Below the pieces are notes generated by a model that saw only the letters and a list, made by a program, of their open reading frames with translations, was not told the origin of the DNA and did not search any database. Shown one piece after another: positions 19,639 to 28,053 of a stretch of 32,000 nucleotides of DNA; position 1 is the stretch's first letter; each line of letters starts with the position of its first letter. Position numbers and translations under genes: made by a program. The DNA is from Candidatus Saccharimonadota bacterium (GTDB taxonomy: Archaea; Micrarchaeota; Micrarchaeia; Micrarchaeales; Micrarchaeaceae): contig AP024486.1 in the NCBI GenBank assembly GCA_021654395.1, positions 570,001-602,000 on the forward strand, read 5' to 3'.

Positions 19639-19639
19639 A
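19608..19639. repeat. 32-nt perfect palindromic element, copy B (overlapping the ATPase start)
   Basis: TATGACACAAAAATATATAAATTTGTGTCATA has perfect 11-bp arms TATGACACAAA / TTTGTGTCATA around a 10-nt AT spacer. Confidence 0.8.
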
Positions 19640-19888
19640 TAAAATATAAACTATAAGCTAGGAATCTCTAATTTAGTCTCATAATATAGAATAGACTAAT
19701 GCTATTAATTATTATATAGGCATCTAAGAGTCTTAGAGACAATAAGATAATAGCTAAAGAGCAGTAGCTAATAGCTAATCTGTTAAACCCAGTAAGCACA
19801 AGTATATAATAGAGATTGTGTGACTCTGTCAATAAAGTATGATATAAACTCTTATTCTTTTTAAAAAATTGATTACATTCTATAGCAA

Positions 19889-19924
19889 ATTTTTAAATAG
19901 TTTATATTACAATCTTTTTAAGTA
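19889..19924 (+). promoter_or_regulatory. TATA-box promoter region, near-identical copy of 11832-11870
   Basis: TTTTAAATAGTTTATATTACAAT precedes the second Yip1-like gene. Confidence 0.5.
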
Positions 19925-20587
19925 GTGATGTATATGGCAGGAAACTCTTTTATAGATTCATACAAAAGAGCAATAGATGTAATACTAGATCCAGTTATAT
20001 TTACAAATGACACGATGAATATAAAGTCAGGCATAGTAAAGCTATATACGATTGGATTAATACCACTATTATTATGTATTATTATTAATATTCTGTTTGG
20101 CTCTTCAATAGCAAATTCATCTTCATTAAATATTAGTTTCTCATCGCTTCCATTATATGGAACAATACTTGCTCTCTTAGAGTACATACCAGTACCTTTC
20201 GCGTTATTGATCTATGCCGCTATATACCATCTAATATTTGGTAAGATACTTAGAATATATAGATCTGACTTTAGTCACGTTTACACAGCATTTGTATATG
20301 GGGGATTTCCATATATGTTACAATTCTGGCTTATTAATATACCCGCATTAGCTTTTGTAGTTATTATAGAACTATTTATAGCAACTTTAAATACATTGAT
20401 AACAGCATTATCTAATCAATTAGGTATAAGTACAGGTAAAGCATTTGGAACGTTTATCTTACTTTTTATAATAACCGTTATAATACTAACTGTAGAGACC
20501 ACGCATTCTGAACTTTCAGCGCCGCTAATACAAGGTTTAAACGGATCGACAGGTTATGGAGGAGTACAATTAAACTCTTCTCCTTAA
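19925..20587 (+). CDS. multi-pass membrane protein, Yip1-domain-like (paralogue 2)
   Basis: 220 aa. The first 70 nt are 67/70 identical to paralogue 1. The central part is nearly identical to the minus-strand copy at 28054-28693. Confidence 0.8.
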   Translation: MMYMAGNSFIDSYKRAIDVILDPVIFTNDTMNIKSGIVKLYTIGLIPLLLCIIINILFGSSIANSSSLNISFSSLPLYGTILALLEYIPVPFALLIYAAIYHLIFGKILRIYRSDFSHVYTAFVYGGFPYMLQFWLINIPALAFVVIIELFIATLNTLITALSNQLGISTGKAFGTFILLFIITVIILTVETTHSELSAPLIQGLNGSTGYGGVQLNSSP

Positions 20588-20722
20588 GCTATATTCAAGG
20601 TCTACTATCTTTTCTATATAAGTATTATTTAGATTACTTATCCTTCTATCTTTAAATATATTAGAGATAGGGATCAATGAATAATTTAAAAGCTTTTATG
20701 ATAATATTATACTAAATAATTT

Positions 20723-22606
20723 ATGAATGAGCTTAAGTATAGTAAGAGTGCCTTTCTTCTGCAGTCTGCAGATAGTCCTATTGAATGGCATCTCTGGAAT
20801 GATAATGCATTTAATAAGGCAAGAGTTGAGGATAAGCCAGTATTAGTAGACGTTGGCGCAGCATGGTGCCATTGGTGCCATGTAATGGATGAAGAGACAT
20901 ACTCTGATAAAGAAGTCATAGATCTTATAAATAGCAACTTTGTAGCTATAAAGGTAGATAGAGATGAGCTTCCAGATATAGATAGGGATCTTCAGAATAA
21001 GGTTGCATTTATATCTAATGAGTCTGGATGGCCTTTAACTGTATTTATGACTTATGATAAAAAGGTCTTCTTTGGCGGCACTTACTTTCCTTTAGAGGAT
21101 ACTTATGGGAGAATAGGCTTTAAGAATCTATTAAAAACAATAATAAAGCTATGGAAAGATAGCAGAGAAGAGCTACTAAAGATAGCTGAAGAGTCATCTA
21201 AGATTAATCTTTATTTTAAAGCAAAAGACACTAAGATGGAGCTTATAGATGATAATATAGAAAGCATATATAAGATATATGATAACAAAAATGGAGGTAT
21301 ATTAGAGAGTAAAAAGTTTCCTCATCCAGCTATAGATCAACTATTTATAGCTTATTCATACTACAATAATAAGAAAGAGCTTCTTGATAAAGCAGTATTT
21401 ACATTAAAGAAGATGTATTATGGTGGAATATTTGATCAGGTTGGCGGCGGTTTTCATAGATATACTGTAGATGATGAGTGGTATATACCGCATTTTGAAA
21501 AGCTTGCTATAGATAACGCAGAGCTTATGCTTTCTTATATAGAAGCATATAAGCTCACAAACGATTATGATCTTCTAGATGCTATAAAACAGACCTATAG
21601 ATTTATAATCAGCGATCTCTTCAACGGAGATTCATTTTCTAACAGCATAGACGCAGACTCAGAAGGAATAGAGGGCTATTATTATACGTGGACTGATAAG
21701 GAGTTCAATGAGGCTCTAGAAGATGAATCTAATGATATATACTATAGGTTGTTTGGCTTAGATAATGCTAAAGAGGTTGAAGGAAGAAAGGTATTAAGAA
21801 GAGTTATAAGCAATGAAGAGTTTAAGAAGGAGCATAAGATAGAAGAGCTTTATAGTATAAGGGATAAGCTTCTTAGATATAGAGAAGCAAATAGAGAGAA
21901 GCCTTTTATAGATAGAAATCCTTATACTTATAGCAACTGCAGACTAGCTGAAGCATTGATTAATCTATCTCATATAATAGATATAGATCTAAAGCCCGCT
22001 TTATCTGTTCTAAATAGACTAAGCAGCTCTTTAGGAAGAAGACTTGATAGCAGTAATGATGCTCTTATCGAGGATTATGCCTCTGCTATATTGGCATTGC
22101 TATCTGGTTGCGAGATTACTGGAGAAGAGAGATATAAGGATCTTGCAGTAAAGCTATATGATAATATTAAAGATTCAAGTGGATATATAATAGACTCGCC
22201 TAATGAATCTCAAGAGTCATTAAGATTAAGAGCTTTAATAAAGCTTTCAATGATATTAGATGAAAAGCCAGAGATAAAGCTTTATGAGAGCTCACCATCA
22301 TTTATTGCCGGTATATTATACAATAATCTATGCTATCTAAAAGGCACTGTACATATAGTTATAGTTAATGAGAATGATGGAAAAGCAGAAGCTCTTCATA
22401 AGGAAGCCTTAAGATTGTATCATCCTTTTAAGCTTGTAGAGATAATAGATAGCAGCAATGTAGATTCTCTACCATCTTATATGAGATCTATGCTTAATTA
22501 TAAAAATGATCAAAGCAGAGCTTTTGTTTGCATAGGCAATAAATGCAGCATGCCTATTACCTCTACAGATAAGCTTAAAGAGTATATAAAAAGCAAGTCA
22601 ATATAA
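20723..22606 (+). CDS. thioredoxin-domain protein of the DUF255 / YyaL / SSP411 type
   Basis: 627 aa. The N-terminus SPIEWHLWNDNAFNKARVEDKPVLVDVGAAWCHWCHVMDEETYSD carries the family's CHWCH motif. It is followed by a long helical (alpha/alpha-barrel-like) region with GGFHRYTVDDEWYIPHFEKL. Confidence 0.9.
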   Translation: MNELKYSKSAFLLQSADSPIEWHLWNDNAFNKARVEDKPVLVDVGAAWCHWCHVMDEETYSDKEVIDLINSNFVAIKVDRDELPDIDRDLQNKVAFISNESGWPLTVFMTYDKKVFFGGTYFPLEDTYGRIGFKNLLKTIIKLWKDSREELLKIAEESSKINLYFKAKDTKMELIDDNIESIYKIYDNKNGGILESKKFPHPAIDQLFIAYSYYNNKKELLDKAVFTLKKMYYGGIFDQVGGGFHRYTVDDEWYIPHFEKLAIDNAELMLSYIEAYKLTNDYDLLDAIKQTYRFIISDLFNGDSFSNSIDADSEGIEGYYYTWTDKEFNEALEDESNDIYYRLFGLDNAKEVEGRKVLRRVISNEEFKKEHKIEELYSIRDKLLRYREANREKPFIDRNPYTYSNCRLAEALINLSHIIDIDLKPALSVLNRLSSSLGRRLDSSNDALIEDYASAILALLSGCEITGEERYKDLAVKLYDNIKDSSGYIIDSPNESQESLRLRALIKLSMILDEKPEIKLYESSPSFIAGILYNNLCYLKGTVHIVIVNENDGKAEALHKEALRLYHPFKLVEIIDSSNVDSLPSYMRSMLNYKNDQSRAFVCIGNKCSMPITSTDKLKEYIKSKSI

Positions 22607-22704
22607 GCATACTTAAGCTTTTTATTGATATCTCTTTAGAAATATTAAATGATGTAGCTGTTTGACATTAATTTATATATTATTAATAAGTTAATAGAAA
22701 GCAA

Positions 22705-23280
22705 TTAACTGTGATCTACTCTTTTTACTTGTATCTCCTCATACTCTTTTAACTGCTCTCTACTTTTAAATATAAATATCCTCTCTAGTTTATTAAATTC
22801 GATATAATTCGCAATCCTTTTAATATATCTAAAACCAGAATCTTCAGTTAAAAATATATCGCATCCAGCATAATCTGCTATAAGTAGATGCATTAGATCC
22901 ATACCATTTAGTACCTTTTCACCTTTATCTTTATCGGCTTTCATATCTATGCCGGATTCTGACATAGATATTAAGCTTTTAAGAAGCTTTGCTTTTATAA
23001 CATTAAAGTTTATTTTTAAGTTTGTCGATTCAAATATTTCAAAGTAAGTTTCTAGCTTATTTAATCTATAAATGAATTCTTTAAAGTCTATATGTTTATC
23101 GTGGTATTCTGTTATGGCTCCTCTATTTATATAAACATTCACAGCTTCTTGAAGAGTTAAGAATGATGTATAACATGGCTTTTTAGCTATTGGAGAAAAA
23201 CTATTACTTTCTAATTCTTCATCGTTATACATAAAATGCAGAACAAGACTTGTATCATAGTAGTATTTAGTCATATCCAT
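22705..23280 (-). CDS. PIN-domain nuclease-like protein (191 aa) with an inserted helical segment
   Basis: The four PIN acidic positions are recognisable in order: YYYDTSLVL, TLQEAVNV, GMDLMHLLIA and FLTEDSGF (the classic D..H...A......T.D..F C-terminal pattern). Confidence 0.7.
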   Translation of the reverse strand: MDMTKYYYDTSLVLHFMYNDEELESNSFSPIAKKPCYTSFLTLQEAVNVYINRGAITEYHDKHIDFKEFIYRLNKLETYFEIFESTNLKINFNVIKAKLLKSLISMSESGIDMKADKDKGEKVLNGMDLMHLLIADYAGCDIFLTEDSGFRYIKRIANYIEFNKLERIFIFKSREQLKEYEEIQVKRVDHS

Positions 23281-23986
23281 ACCTAAGTTTATACAGCTCT
23301 TTTATAAGTTCTTTGTATTCTTTTTTAGAACCAAATGGTTTATTTAAGTCAGTTGCTTCTAAGTAATCTTTAACATACTTGTGAGCAACTATATGCCCAA
23401 ACCTATGGATTAAAGCGCCATAGTTTCCTTGAAATTCCATGTTATCTATTAAGCTATTTGATAAAGCAGCTGTTACTAATAACGGTGCTAAGCCAACAAA
23501 TACTCCTAACTTAAAATCTTCTGAATCATACAGCTTCTTTATATCTATTCTCTCTATTAAACCTTTTAACTCCTCTTCTTTTATAGAATCTGTCTTTATA
23601 TTTTTTAATATAATATCAGCTAGTGTGAAATGCATAGATACATTATAATATGTAATTGGATTTACATTCTCCATCTTATTAAAGATCTCTTTTGTAATAT
23701 TGAACGTCTTTTCAAATACTTCTAAAGAATTATTAATTTTAGTAGCAGTAATAGATGAGCTAAAGAGTTTTCTTTTTAATCCTTTTATAATCTTTGAGAT
23801 AAATTTATCATAGTTTTCTACTATATTCAATGCAAATTCAATAATTCTCTTATCTGGTATAATTATTGCACCATATTTATCGTTAAATCTTACATATTCT
23901 AATTTCTTATAAAGATCAGTTCTAGCTATCACTTTAGTAATTAAACCTTCTTTCTCTAGATTAGTCTGCATAAGATTATCACACAA
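23267..23986 (-). CDS. hypothetical protein (239 aa), upstream partner overlapping the PIN gene by 14 nt
   Basis: The ORF overlaps the PIN-gene start (23267-23280), which indicates an operon. It is predicted helical. R195-x6-H202 (RFGHIVAH) sits near the C-terminus. No family recognised. Confidence 0.6.
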   Translation of the reverse strand: MCDNLMQTNLEKEGLITKVIARTDLYKKLEYVRFNDKYGAIIIPDKRIIEFALNIVENYDKFISKIIKGLKRKLFSSSITATKINNSLEVFEKTFNITKEIFNKMENVNPITYYNVSMHFTLADIILKNIKTDSIKEEELKGLIERIDIKKLYDSEDFKLGVFVGLAPLLVTAALSNSLIDNMEFQGNYGALIHRFGHIVAHKYVKDYLEATDLNKPFGSKKEYKELIKELYKLRYGYD

Positions 23987-24075
23987 AGCTAATTGCTTGT
24001 TATATATTTTTTATATACTTTTAATATGTTTTAAATATTTTAATAGCTTTGTATATTTTCATATTTTAACATATT

Positions 24076-24129
24076 CAGGGTTAAGGAGTGGAAGTCCCCA
24101 TCCGTAAGGGTGGAGTAGTTCACTTGTCC
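24076..24129. ncRNA. GC-rich island with a GNRA-capped hairpin; candidate structured RNA of unknown class
   Basis: CAGGGTTAAGGAGTGGAAGTCCCCATCCGTAAGGGTGGAGTAGTTCACTTGTCC is embedded in ~400 nt of very AT-rich intergenic DNA. CCATCC (24098-24103) pairs with GGGTGG (24108-24113) around the loop GTAA. The flanking AAGT/ACTT or AGTG/CACT could extend the structure. Strand is undetermined. Confidence 0.3.
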
Positions 24130-24380
24130 TTTAATAATCTTATATTAGATTTGATCTATTGTTTAGATTAATGTTTTAGTTGGCTATTGCGATTTCCAGT
24201 AAGTTTTCTATATACTGGCTGCATCAACCTTTCCATAGAATTATAATTTTCTTTCTAGAGGAGTTAGCTAATATATTTATATGAAATTTTGCTTAGGTTA
24301 AGGGGCTTATATAAGTTTTATGTATTTAGTAATTTAGTGATACAAAACAATTTTATATTACTAATCTAAATTATTTATCA

Positions 24381-24746
24381 ATGGTAGATAAACAAGTAAG
24401 TATAAATGCATTTGATATTAATGCTGTTTCTAGCATAGTAAAAAGGTTGGATATTAATATTATAGAAGTTTTAAACTACTATCTGAAAGGAGCATCTATT
24501 ACATATAAAGAGACCACAGATGAAGCGTCGATAAGCATACATAAAATTAAATCAAGGTCAAAAGAGCAACAAGAAAGGAGCAAAACAATAATACTGTCAT
24601 TATATAAGAGGAGACTTATTGCCAGCTCTAAGTTTACAGCTATGTATATATGTGATGAGGAGTATATTAAAAGCACAGTTAATAAAGAGGATGCTGATAC
24701 TTATAGAAAGATCTTCGATATATACTTCCTTTATAACTATGTATAG
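24381..24746 (+). CDS. hypothetical protein (121 aa); possibly the N-terminal part of a TAG-interrupted gene
   Basis: ATG ORF ending in TAG at 24744-24746. The next ORF is in the same frame and starts 3 nt later. Confidence 0.4.
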   Translation: MVDKQVSINAFDINAVSSIVKRLDINIIEVLNYYLKGASITYKETTDEASISIHKIKSRSKEQQERSKTIILSLYKRRLIASSKFTAMYICDEEYIKSTVNKEDADTYRKIFDIYFLYNYV

Positions 24747-24749
24747 TAC

Positions 24750-25631
24750 TTGTATAGATATAGCTCTATCGCAAATCATAATAACAATAATCTTAACAAA
24801 GCGTTTGAAGACTTAATAAAGATTCTAACAGACAATAAGTATATTAGTAATACTGAAAATCTACTAAATAATGATAAAGTCTTCAGATCTTATATAAAGG
24901 CTCTCAAGAAGAGTCTCGATAATATAGAAAAATTAGTAAGTAAAAATTCAGGAGATAATATTGATATCTATAAGAATATATTATGTTATATAGAAAGCAT
25001 ATTAAATAGCTATAATATTCATAATAAGAATAACTTTAGAGCTAAGCTAAGCTCTTTAGTATTTAGGCATAGTAACGAGAATAAAGATTTAGATATAGAT
25101 CTATTAGATATTATAGAGAGAAATCTAATAGATATTAGTAATATAGAATCGATAATTTATAGTAAGGCAAAAACCTATTATATAAGAGATACGGATGAGA
25201 AAGCAGATACTGATAAAGATAGTACAAACGAAGAAGATGCAGCATGGATAAGAGTAGCACAAGCAATAGCTGCATTTAAGAGGGCAGAGTCTATACATCG
25301 GGCTCTACGTAGTGATAAAGATAAGGCAGATGCTGCAGCTAGCTACTTTATACTAATGAATTTAATTGATATTAATAAAGATAAGTTAAATTATAATGTC
25401 TCTTTTAAAGAGCCATCTCCATTCTCTATAGAAGATCTTATTATATTAGCATTTGGCATACTACATAACAGCGATTTCTCTAATTCTAAGAAAGAATACC
25501 TATACGGATCTATTAAATATCTGTTCGAGTATGGCAGTGAATTAATTAAGCTAGATATAGATGAGAGAGAATACTTTATGAAGAGACTACTTGCAAAGTA
25601 TCTAACTGGCTCTGCTAGCTTTACAGCTTAA
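24750..25631 (+). CDS. hypothetical helical protein (293 aa); no ATG start
   Basis: The track start is TTG, with no ATG for more than 200 codons. It is in the same frame as 24381-24746. The composition is plausible for a protein (acidic/helical, with a DKDKADAAASYF segment). Confidence 0.6.
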   Translation: MYRYSSIANHNNNNLNKAFEDLIKILTDNKYISNTENLLNNDKVFRSYIKALKKSLDNIEKLVSKNSGDNIDIYKNILCYIESILNSYNIHNKNNFRAKLSSLVFRHSNENKDLDIDLLDIIERNLIDISNIESIIYSKAKTYYIRDTDEKADTDKDSTNEEDAAWIRVAQAIAAFKRAESIHRALRSDKDKADAAASYFILMNLIDINKDKLNYNVSFKEPSPFSIEDLIILAFGILHNSDFSNSKKEYLYGSIKYLFEYGSELIKLDIDEREYFMKRLLAKYLTGSASFTA

Positions 25632-26055
25632 TGCTTCTATAGAGCTTTTCTCTATTGATACTTTATAAAGTAATTAATAGAAAACAATACTGCGCTTCTA
25701 TGCTAGCTTTATATCTTTATAATGTAGCTTGAATATCTCAAGGCTATGCATTAAGCAATTATACGCTTAACTAAATCTATCGCTATCTAAGAATTATTTT
25801 TATTAAACTTAAAGAATTATACTGCTAATCCGAAGTCACTGAATCTATAAGAGAGCATTATAGCATTAAGCAATAGTCAGTTACATATATGTGCTGTATG
25901 TTAAAGTTACATTAAAGCTATGCATATCTACTAATAAGCAGTATCCGGCACATTTTCGATTTACATCTCTATAATATCTTAGCTTAGAATGACATTAAAG
26001 AGAGATTCAAAATACAAATATAAAGTTTATCATTGTGTATTATTATTTCTTATCT

Positions 26056-26703
26056 TTATTTTGTTGTTTTTCCATCATCAATGGCTCCTCTAATCTGTTT
26101 CCATGTTTCTTTATCAATTTTATCATCAATGCTCTCATCTCTTATCTGATTAAAAACACTTTCCTTTTTCTTTTCGAATATAGTAACATTTGCACTTTTA
26201 TTATTTATACGCACTGAGCTTTTTCTAGATGTACTGATATATATCTCCTTTTTATCTTTATTTACCTCAAAAAGGCGAGCATTATATATAGTAAATTCGT
26301 CTCCGATATTTAAACCCTCTATCTTTTTATCAGAGCTTAAATATACATTATTACCATGTACATCTATTATTTTATATAAAATAATATTCTTTGCCTTTGA
26401 TAGAGATAGTTTTTATATCAGATACTTTTCCTTTAACATCAACTAAACCGTTTTCTGGCCTTCTAGATAATTGAGTTAGATCTTTGAATATAAGCTCATC
26501 TGGTACATTCGGATTCTTAAAGAGCTCTGCTACCTTACTACCTATCTCCTCATCCCTCTTTTCATTTCTTCTTTTTGTTAATGAATTAAGTAGAGCCTTA
26601 GGTAGATTATTTAATTTAGTCTTAACCTTCTCTTTAAGCTTGCTTATAATAGTCTTAGTTAAGGTGTAGATTCTGATATATAAAACTTACCTTTATGTTT
26701 GTA
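26056..26703 (-). pseudogene. OB-fold nucleic-acid-binding (RPA/SSB-like) gene remnant, frameshifted and lacking a start codon
   Basis: Not in the track because it has no ATG. Minus-strand frame A (26703 down to the stop at 26374-26372) reads ..LIFKDLTQLSRRPENGLVDVKGKVSDIKTISIKGKEYYFI*. A +1 frame continues YKIIDVHGNNVYLSSDKKIEGLNIGDEFTIYNARLFEVNKDKKEIYISTSRKSSVRI..GKTTK* with its stop at 26058-26056. The pattern (V.GKV..i, D.tG.i.l, GD...i.na.v.e, i.i...s.v) is that of single-OB-fold archaeal RPA-like proteins. Confidence 0.5.
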
Positions 26704-27145
26704 TTAATTATAAATTATAATATAAAATTCATTTAAACCTTTAGGCAAAAAAAGAAAGCTTTTAATATCTATCTAATAGAATTAGTTTTGCAGAATAATG
26801 TAATCATCTATACGGTATTTTTATTATATTTTTCATCTGATAGTGCGACTGGTCTGAAACGCTGAAGTACTAAAGTCGTATCTTCTAGTTATACTGCATA
26901 TAGCATCTTCTCTAATAACTTATGTACGAATTAAGTATCATAATTTATTATCTAACTTAGAGAGATCTATCTAAGAAGTAAATAGGATAAGTCATTAGAC
27001 AGTATGATCTTAGAGATCTGCTTTGGAAGATTATCTAATAAGGCACAGATACGTACTTTTACCTATCATCTAACATATCTATCAAAGTATTATTTATGGG
27101 GTTATATAATCAATACTTTGGCTCTTTTTAAACATGTCTCTTTAT

Positions 27146-27176
27146 AATTCTAAGCCTTAGAGGCTTTAGAATTTTT
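27146..27176 (+). terminator. orphan hairpin followed by a T-run
   Basis: AATTCTAAGCC (27146-27156) pairs with GGCTTTAGAATT (27162-27173) with one bulge and loop TTAGA. The 3' arm runs into a T-run (TTTTT, 27172-27176). There is no CDS upstream on this strand for ~450 nt. Confidence 0.3.
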
Positions 27177-27393
27177 ATTAGCTAGCTAAGAGTTAATTGT
27201 TAAAGTTTATTGCAAATAAAGTGCAAATTAGAAGAAAACATAGAAATCATTAAGTTTAATTGGAGTGTATATAATGTAGTTATGTTAGCATATCTTAATG
27301 TTTAAGACTTTTAATGAGAAGCCATGATGCAATAAAACAAACTTATGCGAGTTTGGCTAAACTATTTACCAGTTAAGCCTAGACAGCTTAAAG

Positions 27394-27413
27394 GTTAAGT
27401 ATAAATACTTAAC
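27394..27413. promoter_or_regulatory. perfect 8-bp inverted repeat overlapping the TATA box of the wHTH gene (candidate auto-operator)
   Basis: GTTAAGTA-TAAA-TACTTAAC. TATAAATA (27400-27407) lies within it. The SD GGTGAT (27435-27440) sits 5 nt before the ATG at 27446. Confidence 0.4.
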
Positions 27414-27445
27414 TATCCATAAAATAATTAATTTGGTGATGAAGT

Positions 27446-27733
27446 ATGCCTTCCATGCCCTTAGATAAAATTAAAGAATATTCAGAAATACTCTCTAAAT
27501 ATGCAGAAATATATTCTAATGAGACCAGAACCGCGATACTTTTAATAATAGCTAACAGTGAACATGGTGTTACCTGGAAAGAAATAGAAGAGAAGTATCT
27601 CAAAATTTATAATGTTCCAGCGAATCCTAATACCATTGCTTTTAATTTAAAGAGATTAATAGATAGGGGAATTGTTAAAAAATTTGGGGATACATACATT
27701 CTTGAAGATAAAAACGCCGCCATTAGATGTTAA
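27446..27733 (+). CDS. winged helix-turn-helix transcriptional regulator (ArsR-like, 95 aa)
   Basis: NETRTAILLIIANSEHGVTWKEIEEKY...NTIAFNLKRLIDRGIVKKFGDTYIL follows the wHTH pattern R..IL..L......t..EL......s.l..HL..L...G.V. Confidence 0.75.
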   Translation: MPSMPLDKIKEYSEILSKYAEIYSNETRTAILLIIANSEHGVTWKEIEEKYLKIYNVPANPNTIAFNLKRLIDRGIVKKFGDTYILEDKNAAIRC

Positions 27734-28053
27734 TAATTAGTGAGTAAACCAATAATGAATAAATATCTACACAAATAGAGTTATCTAAGATCTGCATTAG
27801 AAAAGTCCTTAAGATGCAAGGTAGCAATGCAAAAGCGGAGAATGTAAAGTTATCTTATTTTTGAATTACATATAATTTTTAATTGCCCATAAAAGTATAT
27901 ATAAAGTAACAATAAATATGGATCTAGAGGTATTTTATTTCATTTTGTCGTCTAAAAATAAACCGGAAGATTTCATGTTCTCTACTTAGATTTAAGAGAA
28001 TTAAATAATATACAATTAATACTATACATTAAGATCTGAGTAGAAGAGTTTAA

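Noticed and set aside
26035-26669. Plus-strand ORFs 26035-26217 and 26484-26669
   Set aside because: Their translations are F/L/S-rich and implausible. The opposite strand encodes a recognisable, though disrupted, OB-fold protein.
24078-27400. Recurring heptamer GGTTAAG / GTTAAG (24079, 24296, 27372, 27393)
   Set aside because: About this many occurrences of a 6-7-mer are expected by chance in 32 kb of AT-rich sequence on two strands. Only the palindromic pair at 27394-27413 has supporting structure.
27436-27442. GTGATGA as the C box of a C/D-box sRNA
   Set aside because: It overlaps the SD and start region of the wHTH gene. No CTGA D box, C'/D' pair or terminal stem occurs at the required spacing.
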